A stretch of DNA of 64,000 nt, taken from the NCBI GenBank assembly GCA_963723535.1, contig CAVRRE010000012.1, forward strand, positions 178 through 64,177, read 5' to 3'. The stretch's first letter is position 1. The number at the start of each line of letters is the position of its first letter. The notes below the pieces were generated by a model, which was given only the letters and a program-made list of their open reading frames with translations, had not been told where the DNA came from and did not search any database. This DNA is from an uncultured Acidobacteriota bacterium. GTDB lineage: Bacteria > Acidobacteriota > Thermoanaerobaculia > UBA5066 > Gp7-AA6. Below are positions 35,677-44,003 of this stretch, piece after piece. The position numbers and the translations under genes are program-made.

Positions 35677-37833
35677 ATGCGCCGACTCTCGGTCCTCGCT
35701 CCCGCGACGTTCGCCTCCGTCCTCATCGCCTCCCCCGGCACGGCCGCCGACCCGGCCGGCCCGCCGGTCGCGCCGCGGCGCCCCGTCACGGATCGGTACT
35801 TCCAGATCGAGGTCGTCGACGACTATCGCTGGCTCGAGAACGGATCCGACCCGGCGGTGCGGAGCTGGAGCGACGCCGAGAACTCCTGGGCGCGCGTCGT
35901 GCTGGACCGCTATCCGAGCGTCGCGGAGATCCGAGCGCGGGTCCGGGAGATCGCCGAGTTCCCCTCTCCCTCCTACGCGAAGCTCGTGCGCCGGGGCGGC
36001 CGCCTCTTCGCGCTGAAGAGCCAGCCCCCGAAACAGCAGGCCTTTCTCGTGACCCTTCCGGCCGCGGACGATCCGCAATCGGAGCGCGTCGTGCTGGATC
36101 CGAACGTCCTCGATCCGAAGGGCGGAACTTCCATCGACTGGTTCGTTCCGTCCGGGGACGGCCGGCTCGTCGCGGTCTCTCTCTCCGAGGGCGGAAGCGA
36201 AACCGGGACGGTCCATGTCTACGACACCGCTTCCGGCCGCGCCCTTCCGGACGTGATCCCGCGAGTCAACGGAGGCACGGCGGGAGGGGACGTGGCCTGG
36301 ACCGGCGACGCCTCCGGTTTCTTCTACACCCGCTATCCCCGCGAGGGCGAACGGCCGGCCGCCGATCTCGACTTCTACCAGCAGGTCTTCTTCCACCGGC
36401 TGGGCGCGCCCGGAAACGACGACGCGTACGCGCTCGGCAAGGAGCTTCCGAGGATTGCCGAGACTACGCTCGAATCTTCCGAGGACGGCCGCTTCGTGCT
36501 GGCCACGGTGAAGAACGGCGACGGCGGCGAAGCCTCTCTCTACCTTCGCTCTCCGGACGGTGTCTGGAAGCGGGTCGCGGCCGACGCCGACCGCGTCGTG
36601 CGGGGACTCTTCGCCTCGGACGGATCCCTCTATCTGCTCTCCTACAAGGACGCCCCGCGCGGGTCGATCCTCCGCCTCGCGCCGGGAGCGACCGATCTCG
36701 CCGGGGCGACCGTGGTCGTCGCCGAAAGCGACGCCGCGATCGACGACTACTGCCTGACCGACACGCGTCTCTACGTGGCGGAGCTCGTCGGCGGCCCTTC
36801 ACGCATCCGGGTCTTCGCGCGCGACGGCCGGCCGACCGGAACCGTCCCGATCCTCCCGGTCTCTTCGGTCGAAGGCATGACCCCCGCGGGCGGGGACGCC
36901 GTCCTCTTCGAGAACCAGAGCGCCCTCGTCCCACCCGCCTGGTACCTCGCCGGCTCGGACGGCAAGGTCACGGAGACGCGTCTCGCCCGGAAGTCCCCGG
37001 TCGACTTCGCCGACTGCGAGGTCATCCGTGAGTGGGCGGTCTCTCGCGACGGGACTCGCATCCCGATCGACATTCTCCGCCGGAAGGGTGCGAAGCTCGA
37101 CGGAACGAACCCGACTCTCCTCTACGGTTACGGCGGCTACGGCATCAGCCAGCGGCCGGAGTACTCGGCGCTGCGGCGCGTCTGGCTCGAGCAGGGCGGC
37201 GTGTTCGCCGTGGCCGTGCTGCGGGGCGGTGGCGAGTTCGGCGACGGCTGGCACCGCGCCGGGCACCTCACGAAGAAGCAGAACGTCTTCGACGATTTTG
37301 CGGCCTGCGCGAAGCGCCTGGTCGAAGCCGGCTACACGAAGCCCGCGCGCCTCGCGATCGAGGGCGGCTCGAACGGGGGCCTGCTCATGGGCGCGGCCTT
37401 CACGCAGCACCCCGAGCTCTTCGGCGCCGTGGTCGCGCACGTCGGGATCTACGACATGCTCCGCGTGGAGCTTTCCCCGAACGGCCAGTTCAACGTCACA
37501 GAGTTCGGGACCGTCAGGAACGCCGACGAGTTCCGCGCCCTCTACGCGTATTCGCCGTACCACCGCGTTCTCGGCCGCGTCGTGTATCCGCCGGTGCTCT
37601 TCCTGACCGGCGCGAACGATCCGCGGGTCGATCCGATGCAATCCCGAAAGATGACGGCTCGCCTGCGCGCGGGTGGCGCGCCCAGGTCCGCCGTGCTGCT
37701 TCGGACGAGCGCCTCTTCCGGACACGGCATCGGAAGCTCCCTCGACGAGAAGACCTCCAAGGCCGTCGACGTCTACGCCTTCCTGTTCGCGAACCTCGGC
37801 GTGACGTACCGGGCGCGGGCGCCGCGGCCCTGA
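35677..37833 (+). CDS. prolyl oligopeptidase (S9A family), secreted
   Basis: The 718-aa ORF is intact and has a signal peptide. The sequence includes DDYRWLEN...(beta-propeller)...GGSNGGLLMGAAFTQHPELF (the catalytic Ser is in GGSNGG) ...D.RV...SGHG. AGGAG precedes the ATG. Confidence 0.9.
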   Translation: MRRLSVLAPATFASVLIASPGTAADPAGPPVAPRRPVTDRYFQIEVVDDYRWLENGSDPAVRSWSDAENSWARVVLDRYPSVAEIRARVREIAEFPSPSYAKLVRRGGRLFALKSQPPKQQAFLVTLPAADDPQSERVVLDPNVLDPKGGTSIDWFVPSGDGRLVAVSLSEGGSETGTVHVYDTASGRALPDVIPRVNGGTAGGDVAWTGDASGFFYTRYPREGERPAADLDFYQQVFFHRLGAPGNDDAYALGKELPRIAETTLESSEDGRFVLATVKNGDGGEASLYLRSPDGVWKRVAADADRVVRGLFASDGSLYLLSYKDAPRGSILRLAPGATDLAGATVVVAESDAAIDDYCLTDTRLYVAELVGGPSRIRVFARDGRPTGTVPILPVSSVEGMTPAGGDAVLFENQSALVPPAWYLAGSDGKVTETRLARKSPVDFADCEVIREWAVSRDGTRIPIDILRRKGAKLDGTNPTLLYGYGGYGISQRPEYSALRRVWLEQGGVFAVAVLRGGGEFGDGWHRAGHLTKKQNVFDDFAACAKRLVEAGYTKPARLAIEGGSNGGLLMGAAFTQHPELFGAVVAHVGIYDMLRVELSPNGQFNVTEFGTVRNADEFRALYAYSPYHRVLGRVVYPPVLFLTGANDPRVDPMQSRKMTARLRAGGAPRSAVLLRTSASSGHGIGSSLDEKTSKAVDVYAFLFANLGVTYRARAPRP

Positions 37834-37849
37834 GAGCCGCCGGCTTCTA

Positions 37850-38236
37850 CTAAGGAACCGGAGTGCCGGACGGAGGCAGCGGGCCCTCGCGCCGGGTCCC
37901 GTCCGGATTGAGCGGGCCCGGACCGCAAATGTAGGCCTCGCCGAGGCGTCCGTTGACGCGCACGAGCACGGTGTCGGCTCCAGCGAGCACGGCGTGGTAC
38001 CGGTACCAGTCCGAAAGCTGCGACGGCGCCGGGATCAGCACGGGATCGTATTGGGGCTCGAGGTTCTTGATGAATTTGCAGGTGCCTTCGACCTTCTCGG
38101 CGTTGTCCGTGATGGTCACGGCGTACTTGCCCTTGGTCGATGCCTCCTCGCTCGCCTTGTCGGACTCCTTCAGATTCGTGCAGGCCCAGGCGAGCGCGGC
38201 TATCGCGAGCGCCGACAGCAGGAAGCGCATCTTCAT
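37850..38236 (-). CDS. hypothetical lipoprotein
   Basis: ATG at 38236 begins MKMRFLLSALAIAALAWACTNL, a lipobox-type signal, in a 128-aa product. I recognise no family. The track ORF 37850..38335 has an upstream extension. Confidence 0.55.
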   Translation of the reverse strand: MKMRFLLSALAIAALAWACTNLKESDKASEEASTKGKYAVTITDNAEKVEGTCKFIKNLEPQYDPVLIPAPSQLSDWYRYHAVLAGADTVLVRVNGRLGEAYICGPGPLNPDGTRREGPLPPSGTPVP

Positions 38237-38368
38237 GCGACGAGTATCGCACGGAGGGTGAATCGCCGGCACGCGCTCCCGGAGGATGAGCTCGACATCG
38301 CCGAGTCCGGAGACCCCCGAACACCACGGTGGCACGCCGCCGCGGCGGCGGGGGCCTCCAGAACGACT

Positions 38369-38605
38369 TCAGTCTTTGCCGGTCACGGCATCGGCGACGT
38401 CCCCCGCGACATCCACGGCGCCGTCGACAGCGCCCTTGCCCACGTTCGCCGCGGTCTTCCCGGCCGCGCTCGCGGCATCGGCCGTCGCGCCGGCCACCGC
38501 ACTGGCGGCGTCCGCCGTCGCACCGGCCGCGGCTTTCGCCGCACCACCCACCGCATCGCCCACGTCACTCGCGACTTTCTTCGTCCCTTCCCACAGGTCG
38601 GCCAT
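38369..38605 (-). CDS. small (78 aa) Ala/Gly/Asp-rich low-complexity protein with an internal tandem duplication
   Basis: GGAG lies 7-10 nt upstream of the ATG. The sequence MADLWEGTKKVASDVGDAVGGAAKAAAGATADAASAVAGATADAASAAGKTA... contains ATADAASA(V/A)AG twice. A GC palindrome follows the stop. I recognise no family. Confidence 0.45.
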   Translation of the reverse strand: MADLWEGTKKVASDVGDAVGGAAKAAAGATADAASAVAGATADAASAAGKTAANVGKGAVDGAVDVAGDVADAVTGKD

Positions 38606-38860
38606 AAACGCTCCATCTCTCCAAAGGGACCGAGCGGACTGCCCGGTCGAGAAAAAGACTGGTTGAGCTCAGGCAGACGCGCGCGGAGGATCTCGGGCGT
38701 GGCCGGGGCGCGGCGATATCCACCAACACCGTCGGGACCTCGAGCCGGCACAACCGCGGATCCACACCGGTCACCTCGAATCGCTTCGCGGTCGAAACCC
38801 GAGCTTCGACTGATATCACGAACTCACCACAGCGAGCAGACTTTCTGGGAGCCGTGAGAA

Positions 38861-38887
38861 TTGGCGGCCCCGGCGGGACTCGAAGCC
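38861..38887 (-). other. orphan copy of a tRNA 3' end (T-loop, acceptor 3' strand and CCA); candidate att-type direct repeat of tRNA-Glu
   Basis: The plus strand TTGGCGGCCCCGGCGGGACTCGAAGCC here compares with TTGGCGGCCCCAACGGGACTCGAACCC at 40520-40546, the 3' end of the intact tRNA-Glu. About 24 of 26 positions are identical in the same orientation. No 5' half or anticodon arm is present. Confidence 0.6.
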
Positions 38888-39001
38888 TCGCGCCCGCAAG
38901 CGATGTCAGTAGACTCAAGGCGATTCGCCAGAACAAAGTCAGGGAGGCAAAAGGACAGAGGCACTCGGCCATTCGGTTCGCAAGATTTGGAGGGACATCT
39001 C

Positions 39002-39460
39002 ATGCTCTACGGCATGATCGTCAAGACGAGAATCCGACAGGCCTTCGACCACGTGAACAACCATCGCTGGGATGAGCTGATGAAATCAATCACCCCGGAT
39101 GTCCATCACCGCTTTGGGGGCGCCCATGCGATTGGTGGTGAGCGCCATGACAGAGACACTTTGCGCCTCTGGTTTGAGCGCCTCGCGCGCGTCCTGCCCA
39201 GTCTCCATCTCAAGATCAACAACATCTGGGTCAAAGGCTGGCCGTGGCATACCATGGTGTTTGTGCAGTGGGACGGGACCGCAACGCTGCTGAACGGCGA
39301 CGCCTCCTACTTCAATCGTGGTCTTCATGTGATCACCCTGCGGTGGGGCAAGATCTCCAGGCTCGATGTCTTTGAAGATTCGCAAGAAGTCGCCCGTGGG
39401 CTTGCCGCCCAAGCGGCAGCTGGCCTCGACGAGGCTGTCGCCGCACAAATTGTGAGCTAG
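39002..39460 (+). CDS. SnoaL-like / NTF2-fold protein
   Basis: GGAGGGA precedes the ATG at 39002. The sequence MLYGMIVKTRIRQAFDHVNNHRWDELMKSITPDVHHRFGG... is typical of the NTF2-like fold. G+C is visibly lower than the flanks. The track ORF 38861..39460 starts too far upstream, inside the tRNA fragment. Confidence 0.65.
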   Translation: MLYGMIVKTRIRQAFDHVNNHRWDELMKSITPDVHHRFGGAHAIGGERHDRDTLRLWFERLARVLPSLHLKINNIWVKGWPWHTMVFVQWDGTATLLNGDASYFNRGLHVITLRWGKISRLDVFEDSQEVARGLAAQAAAGLDEAVAAQIVS

Positions 39461-39539
39461 CAGAAGCGGCGCCAGAGGCCCATCGCAGCGCTCCCCGTAG
39501 GGCGCGAGGGCGTTGGATCCCTTGGAAGGGAGACTGAGG

Positions 39540-40433
39540 ATGACCTTCACCAAAATCACCACCGCGGGGGCCGGCACCATGGGCTCACAAGTCGCCTGGC
39601 AGATGGCCTTTCACGGCAAGCACGTGACCGTGTACGACGCCATCCCCGCGGGCCTGGAGAAGGGCCAGGCGTTTCATCGGGAGTACGCGGAGCACTTCTT
39701 GAAGCAGCGGGGCGCCACCCGGAAGCAAATCGATGACACCTTCGCTCGCCTCACGTACACCACCGACCTGGCGGCGGCGGTGCGCGATGCCGATCTGATC
39801 AGCGAGTCCGTGCCCGAGTCCCTGCCCATCAAGGAATCCTTCTGGCGCGAGGCGTCGAGGCACGCCCCGGCGCGCACGGTGTTCACCACCAACACCTCCA
39901 CCCTGCCGCCGAGCGCGTTGGCGGGCTTCGTCGACCGGCCGCAGAATTTCCTGGCCTTGCACTTCGCCATCGGCGTTTGGGACTCCAACATCGGCGAGGT
40001 CATGGGCCATCCCGGCACCGACCCCGACGTGTTCGAGCGCCTGCTGAAGTTCGCCGAGGAAATCGGCCTGGTGCCCATCCCCATTCGCAAGGAGCAGAAC
40101 GGCTACATCATCAACAGCCTGCTCGTGCCCTGGTGCACCGCCGCGCTGGACCTGCTGGTGCGCGGCGTGAGCGACTTCCAGAGCATCGATCGGACCTGGA
40201 TGATCACCCTGCAGACGGGCATGGGCCCCTGCGGCATGATGGATCGCATGGGCCTCGGTGTCGTGTACCACGTCGCGAAGCTCATCGGCGAAACCACCCC
40301 AAACACCCAGGCACTCGAGTCCGCTCGATACCTCGACGAGCACTTCATCCAGAAGGGCCGCCTTGGGGTCGCCAGCGGCCAGGGCTTCTACAGCTACCCC
40401 AATCCGGCCTTCGCCCAGCCGGGCTTCATCTGA
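39540..40433 (+). CDS. 3-hydroxyacyl-CoA (3-hydroxybutyryl-CoA) dehydrogenase family protein
   Basis: The sequence MTFTKITTAGAGTMGSQVAWQMAFHGKHVTVYD contains the NAD-binding GxGxxG motif, followed by SESVPE.L.IK...NTS.L and the C-terminal dimerisation domain. The ATG is at 39540, whereas the track starts at 39513. Confidence 0.85.
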   Translation: MTFTKITTAGAGTMGSQVAWQMAFHGKHVTVYDAIPAGLEKGQAFHREYAEHFLKQRGATRKQIDDTFARLTYTTDLAAAVRDADLISESVPESLPIKESFWREASRHAPARTVFTTNTSTLPPSALAGFVDRPQNFLALHFAIGVWDSNIGEVMGHPGTDPDVFERLLKFAEEIGLVPIPIRKEQNGYIINSLLVPWCTAALDLLVRGVSDFQSIDRTWMITLQTGMGPCGMMDRMGLGVVYHVAKLIGETTPNTQALESARYLDEHFIQKGRLGVASGQGFYSYPNPAFAQPGFI

Positions 40434-40520
40434 ACCAGTTGGCTCAAAGGGCGCGAGGCAGAAGACCCCGCTCCGAAAACGGCGGAAGGCGAATCGCTGC
40501 TGAGTCCAGCTGGAGAAAGT

Positions 40521-40595
40521 TGGCGGCCCCAACGGGACTCGAACCCGTGCCGCGGCCTTGAAAGAGCCGTGTCCTAACCTCTAGACGATGGGGCC
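40521..40595 (-). tRNA. tRNA-Glu (anticodon UUC), CCA encoded
   Basis: The reverse complement folds as acceptor GGCCCCA/UGGGGCC, D stem GUCU/GGAC, anticodon arm CGGCU-CUUUCAA-GGCCG, 4-nt variable loop, T arm ACGGG-UUCGAGU-CCCGU, discriminator G and CCA (75 nt). Confidence 0.92.
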
Positions 40596-40896
40596 GAGTG
40601 CGACGAGGAAAATAGCACGCGACACTGCGGACTCGAACCCGTGCCGCGGCCTCGGGGGGTTCGGGGGGCCGCAAGGCCCCCGCTCAAAGGAGCCAGCCGT
40701 CTTCGGCCGCGAAGCGGCCGTGTCCTAACCTCTAGACGATGGGGCCGAGCGCGACGCAGGAAAATAGCACGCGACACTGCGGACTCGAACCCGTGCCGCG
40801 GCCTCGGGGGTTCGGGGGCCGCAAGGCCCCCGCTCAAAGGAGCCAGCCGACTTCGGCCGCGCAGCGGCCGTGTCCTGACCTCTGGACGATGGGGCC
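40596..40896 (-). repeat. two tandem ~150-nt units derived from the tRNA-Glu gene plus its upstream spacer; each has a 64-nt hairpin-rich block in place of the anticodon loop and lacks the acceptor 3' strand
   Basis: The units are 40596-40746 and 40747-40896. On the minus strand each reads GGCCCCATCGTC(T/C)AGAGGT(T/C)AGGACACGGCC [GCT(T/G)CGCGGCCGAAG(A/T)CGGCTGGCTCCTTTGAGCGGGGGCCTTGCGGCCCCC(C)GAACCCCC(C)GA] GGCCGCGGCACGGGTTCGAGTCC GCAGTGTCGCGTGCTATTTTCCT.... Outside the bracket the sequence is identical to tRNA-Glu up to the T-loop and then diverges. Confidence 0.8.
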
Positions 40897-41014
40897 GGCG
40901 GGAGAAAAAACAGCACGGCGGGCGCTGCGACGCAGGCGCGGGAGCCGGGCGAATTGACTTGTCCGGACCGCGGCTAATGAATAATCCCGTCCCGCGCCCC
41001 GAGGGGCGCACATT

Positions 41015-43006
41015 TTGCCCACCACAATCAAGGACATCCTCGTCGGCAAGGCCCGCGATCCGATGGATCCGCGGATCTTCCACACGGTCTCACTCGCCGC
41101 GTTCCTCGCCTGGGTCGGTCTGGGGGCCGACGGACTGTCTTCCTCGGCGTACGGTCCCGAGGAGGCGTTCAAGGCGCTGGGTTCGCACGCCTACCTCGCG
41201 GTCTGGCTCGCGGTCCTGACCGCGGTCACCGTCTGCATCATCTCGCTCGCGTACAGCAAGGTCATCGAGCTCTTCCCCGCGGGAGGCGGCGGTTATCTCG
41301 TGGCGACCAAGCTCCTCGGGCCCAAGCTGGGTGTCGTCTCGGGTTGCGCGCTCGTCGTGGACTACGTCCTGACGATCTCGATCTCGATCGCCTCCGGCGT
41401 CGACCAGCTCTTCAGTCTGCTGCCCCCGTCCCTGGCGCCCTGGAAGTTCCGCACCGAGTTCCTCGTCGGGATCATCCTCATCGTCCTGAACCTGCGGGGC
41501 ATCAAGGAGAGCATCCGCGTCCTCGTCCCGATCTTCCTGCTCTTCATCGGGATGCACGCCCTCCTCATCCTGACCACGATCGTGACCCGCCTGACGCAGC
41601 TCGACGACATCTTCGTGGCCGCCGCCCAGGACGCCGGCTCGACCTCGACGGAGCTCGGCTGGTTCGCCCTGGCGCTGATCATGATGCGGGCCTACTCGCT
41701 CGGAGGCGGCACGTACACCGGGATCGAGGCCGTCTCCAACAGCGTGCAGGTGCTCCGGGAGCCCCGGGTCGGCAACGCAAAACGCACGATGCTGTACATG
41801 GCGGTGTCGCTCGCCTTCACGGCCGGGGGAATCATCCTCGGGTATCTGCTCGTGGGCGCCCGGCCTGTCCCCGACCGGACCATGAACGCCGTCTTCGCGG
41901 AGAGCGTCTTCGGGCACTGGACGGTCGGCGGCCTGGCCGTCGGCCCGGTCCTCGTGGCCCTGACGCTCATATCGGCCGGCGCCCTGCTGTTCGTCGCCGC
42001 CCAGACCGGCTTTCTGGCGGGCCCGCGGGTTCTCGCGAACATGGCCGTCGACTACTGGGTGCCGCGGCGCTTCGCGCAGCTCTCGGACCGCCTCGTCGCG
42101 AACAACGGGATCTACCTCATGGGGATCGCGGCGCTCGCGACGCTCTGGTACACGCACGGCTCGGTGGCGAAGCTCGTCGTCATGTACTCCATCAACGTGT
42201 TCCTGACCTTCAGCCTCACGCTTCTCGGGATGGTCCGGCACTGGACGCTCCACAAGGGGACTCCCGACTGGAAGCGGAACCTGGCGCTGCATCTGCTGGG
42301 ACTCGGTCTCTGCCTGGTCATCCTCATCGTCACGGTCTACGAGAAGTTCGACGAGGGGGGCTGGCTGACGGTCATCGTCACGGCGACCTTCGTGACGCTC
42401 GCCTTCCTCATCAAGCGGCACTACGTCCGCGTGCGCAACGCCATGCGCCGCATCGACGAGACGCTGCTCGATATCCCCGTGCGGCCACACGCCGAGGCGG
42501 ACCCGAAGATCCCCCGCGACGAGCCCATCGCCGTCATGCTCGTCAACGGTTTCACCGGAATGGGCGTGCATACCGTGCTCTCGGTCCAGAACCTCTTTCC
42601 CCATCAATTCAAGAACTACCTGTTCATCTCGGTCGGCGTCATCGACTCCGAGAACTTCAAGGGCGTGGCCGAGATCGATGCCCTGAAGCGCCAGACGGAA
42701 ACGGACCTGATCAAGTACGTGGCGTTCGCCCGACAGCTCGGGTTCCGCGCGGAGTACCGGTACGACATCGGAACGGAGGCGGTCGAGGAGGTCGTGAACC
42801 TCTGCGAATCCGTGAGGAAGGACTATCCGCGCTCCATCTTCTTCCTCGGCCAGCTCGTGTTCGAGAACGACCGCTTCTACTACCGCTTCCTCCACAACGA
42901 GACGGCGTTCGCCATCCAGCGGCGGCTGCAGTTCGGGGGTCTGCAGGCGATCGTCCTGCCCATCCGCGTGATCGAGCCCAAGAAGAAGCTGAAAAAGGCG
43001 TCCTGA
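41015..43006 (+). CDS. APC-superfamily permease with a large cytoplasmic C-terminal domain
   Basis: The 663-aa ORF is intact. It has about 12 TM segments (...GADGLSSSAYGPEEAF...FPAGGGGYLVATK...) followed by a roughly 200-aa soluble domain. The apparent TTG start is at 41015, and an in-frame ATG lies 16 codons downstream. Confidence 0.75.
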   Translation: MPTTIKDILVGKARDPMDPRIFHTVSLAAFLAWVGLGADGLSSSAYGPEEAFKALGSHAYLAVWLAVLTAVTVCIISLAYSKVIELFPAGGGGYLVATKLLGPKLGVVSGCALVVDYVLTISISIASGVDQLFSLLPPSLAPWKFRTEFLVGIILIVLNLRGIKESIRVLVPIFLLFIGMHALLILTTIVTRLTQLDDIFVAAAQDAGSTSTELGWFALALIMMRAYSLGGGTYTGIEAVSNSVQVLREPRVGNAKRTMLYMAVSLAFTAGGIILGYLLVGARPVPDRTMNAVFAESVFGHWTVGGLAVGPVLVALTLISAGALLFVAAQTGFLAGPRVLANMAVDYWVPRRFAQLSDRLVANNGIYLMGIAALATLWYTHGSVAKLVVMYSINVFLTFSLTLLGMVRHWTLHKGTPDWKRNLALHLLGLGLCLVILIVTVYEKFDEGGWLTVIVTATFVTLAFLIKRHYVRVRNAMRRIDETLLDIPVRPHAEADPKIPRDEPIAVMLVNGFTGMGVHTVLSVQNLFPHQFKNYLFISVGVIDSENFKGVAEIDALKRQTETDLIKYVAFARQLGFRAEYRYDIGTEAVEEVVNLCESVRKDYPRSIFFLGQLVFENDRFYYRFLHNETAFAIQRRLQFGGLQAIVLPIRVIEPKKKLKKAS

Positions 43007-43016
43007 GGCGGCCGGC

Positions 43017-44003
43017 TCACTCCGTCCGGAGCGCCCGCGTCATGAGGCGCTCGACCGCCTCCCTCGGAGGCACGTTCTCGTACAGCACCTGGACGACGGC
43101 ATCGGCGATCGGCGCCTCGACTCCGGCCGCGGCCGCCATCCTCGGGACGGCGAGGCAGGTGCGCGCGCCCTCGGCGACTTCGGGCATCTCGACGAGAACC
43201 TCCGAGAGCCTTCTCCCGCGCCCGACCTGTTCCCCGACGAAGCGGTTTCGGGACTGCGTCCCGGTGCACGTCAGCATGAGGTCGCCGATGCCGGCGAGGC
43301 CGTGCACCGTGCGCTCCTGCCCGCCGCCCGCGCGCACGATGCGGGCGATCTCGGCGAGCCCGCGCGTCACCAGCGCCGCGAGCGTGTTCGGGCCGAAGCC
43401 CAGGCCGGCCACGATCCCCGCGGCGATCGCCACGACGTTCTTCAGGGCGCCGGCGAGCTCCACGCCCACCACGTCGTCGGATCGGTAGAGCCGGAAGGCC
43501 GAGCTCGAGAGAGCCGACTGGAGGCTCTCGGCGCAGGCCGCGTCCTTGGAAGCGATGACGGCGGCGGTGGGGTCTCCCCGCGCGACCCCTTCCGCGAACG
43601 TGGGGCCGGAGAGGGCCGCCACGGCGGCGTCGGGATAGCGCTCCCGCATGATCTCCGTCATGCGCTTGAGGCTTTCGGGCTCGATGCCCTTGGAGGTCGA
43701 GACCAGGCACCGGGCCGACCCGTCCGAGGCGGGAGTACGGGCGAGCAGGGGGCGGAACGACGCGCAGGGCACCGAGACGAAGAGAGTCCTGGCGAACGCG
43801 AACGCCTCCTCCAGATTGGAGGATCCGCGAACCGAGGGCGGAATCGAGAAGCCCTCGAGCCGTCTCGGATGCCGGCCGTCCGCCTCGATGCTCGCCGCCA
43901 CCTCGGGGTCGCGGCCCCACAACAGGACCTCGTGCCCCGAGCGCGCGAACTCGATCGCGAGCGCCGTGCCCCACGACCCCGCGCCGAGGACGCCGACTCT
44001 CAC
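43017..44003 (-). CDS. gpsA: NAD(P)H-dependent glycerol-3-phosphate dehydrogenase
   Basis: GTG at 44003 (VRVGVLGAGSWGTALA...) overlaps the plsY stop (GTGA). The sequence includes ...SKGIE...LSGPTFAEGVARG.PTA...GALKNVVAIAAG. The track ORF 43017..44237 is over-extended upstream. Confidence 0.9.
   Translation of the reverse strand: MRVGVLGAGSWGTALAIEFARSGHEVLLWGRDPEVAASIEADGRHPRRLEGFSIPPSVRGSSNLEEAFAFARTLFVSVPCASFRPLLARTPASDGSARCLVSTSKGIEPESLKRMTEIMRERYPDAAVAALSGPTFAEGVARGDPTAAVIASKDAACAESLQSALSSSAFRLYRSDDVVGVELAGALKNVVAIAAGIVAGLGFGPNTLAALVTRGLAEIARIVRAGGGQERTVHGLAGIGDLMLTCTGTQSRNRFVGEQVGRGRRLSEVLVEMPEVAEGARTCLAVPRMAAAAGVEAPIADAVVQVLYENVPPREAVERLMTRALRTE

Noticed and set aside
40596-40896. I considered a CRISPR array or a circularly permuted or intron-containing tRNA as explanations for the tandem units.
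   Set aside because: It is not CRISPR: there are only two ~150-nt units, no short repeat/unique-spacer pattern and no cas genes. It is not a permuted tRNA: the GGGGGCC-UUGC-GGCCCCC hairpin mimics joined acceptor strands, but it is not flanked by T-arm or D-arm sequence in the permuted order. It is not a functional intron-containing tRNA, because the acceptor 3' strand and an intact T stem are missing.
40574-41219. Track ORFs 40574..41083(-), 40641..41219(+), 40725..40916(-) and 40739..40957(+) with internally repeated peptides.
   Set aside because: The peptide repeats only mirror the tandem tRNA-Glu-derived DNA units. There are no start-site signals, and the region is better explained as RNA-gene-derived repeats.
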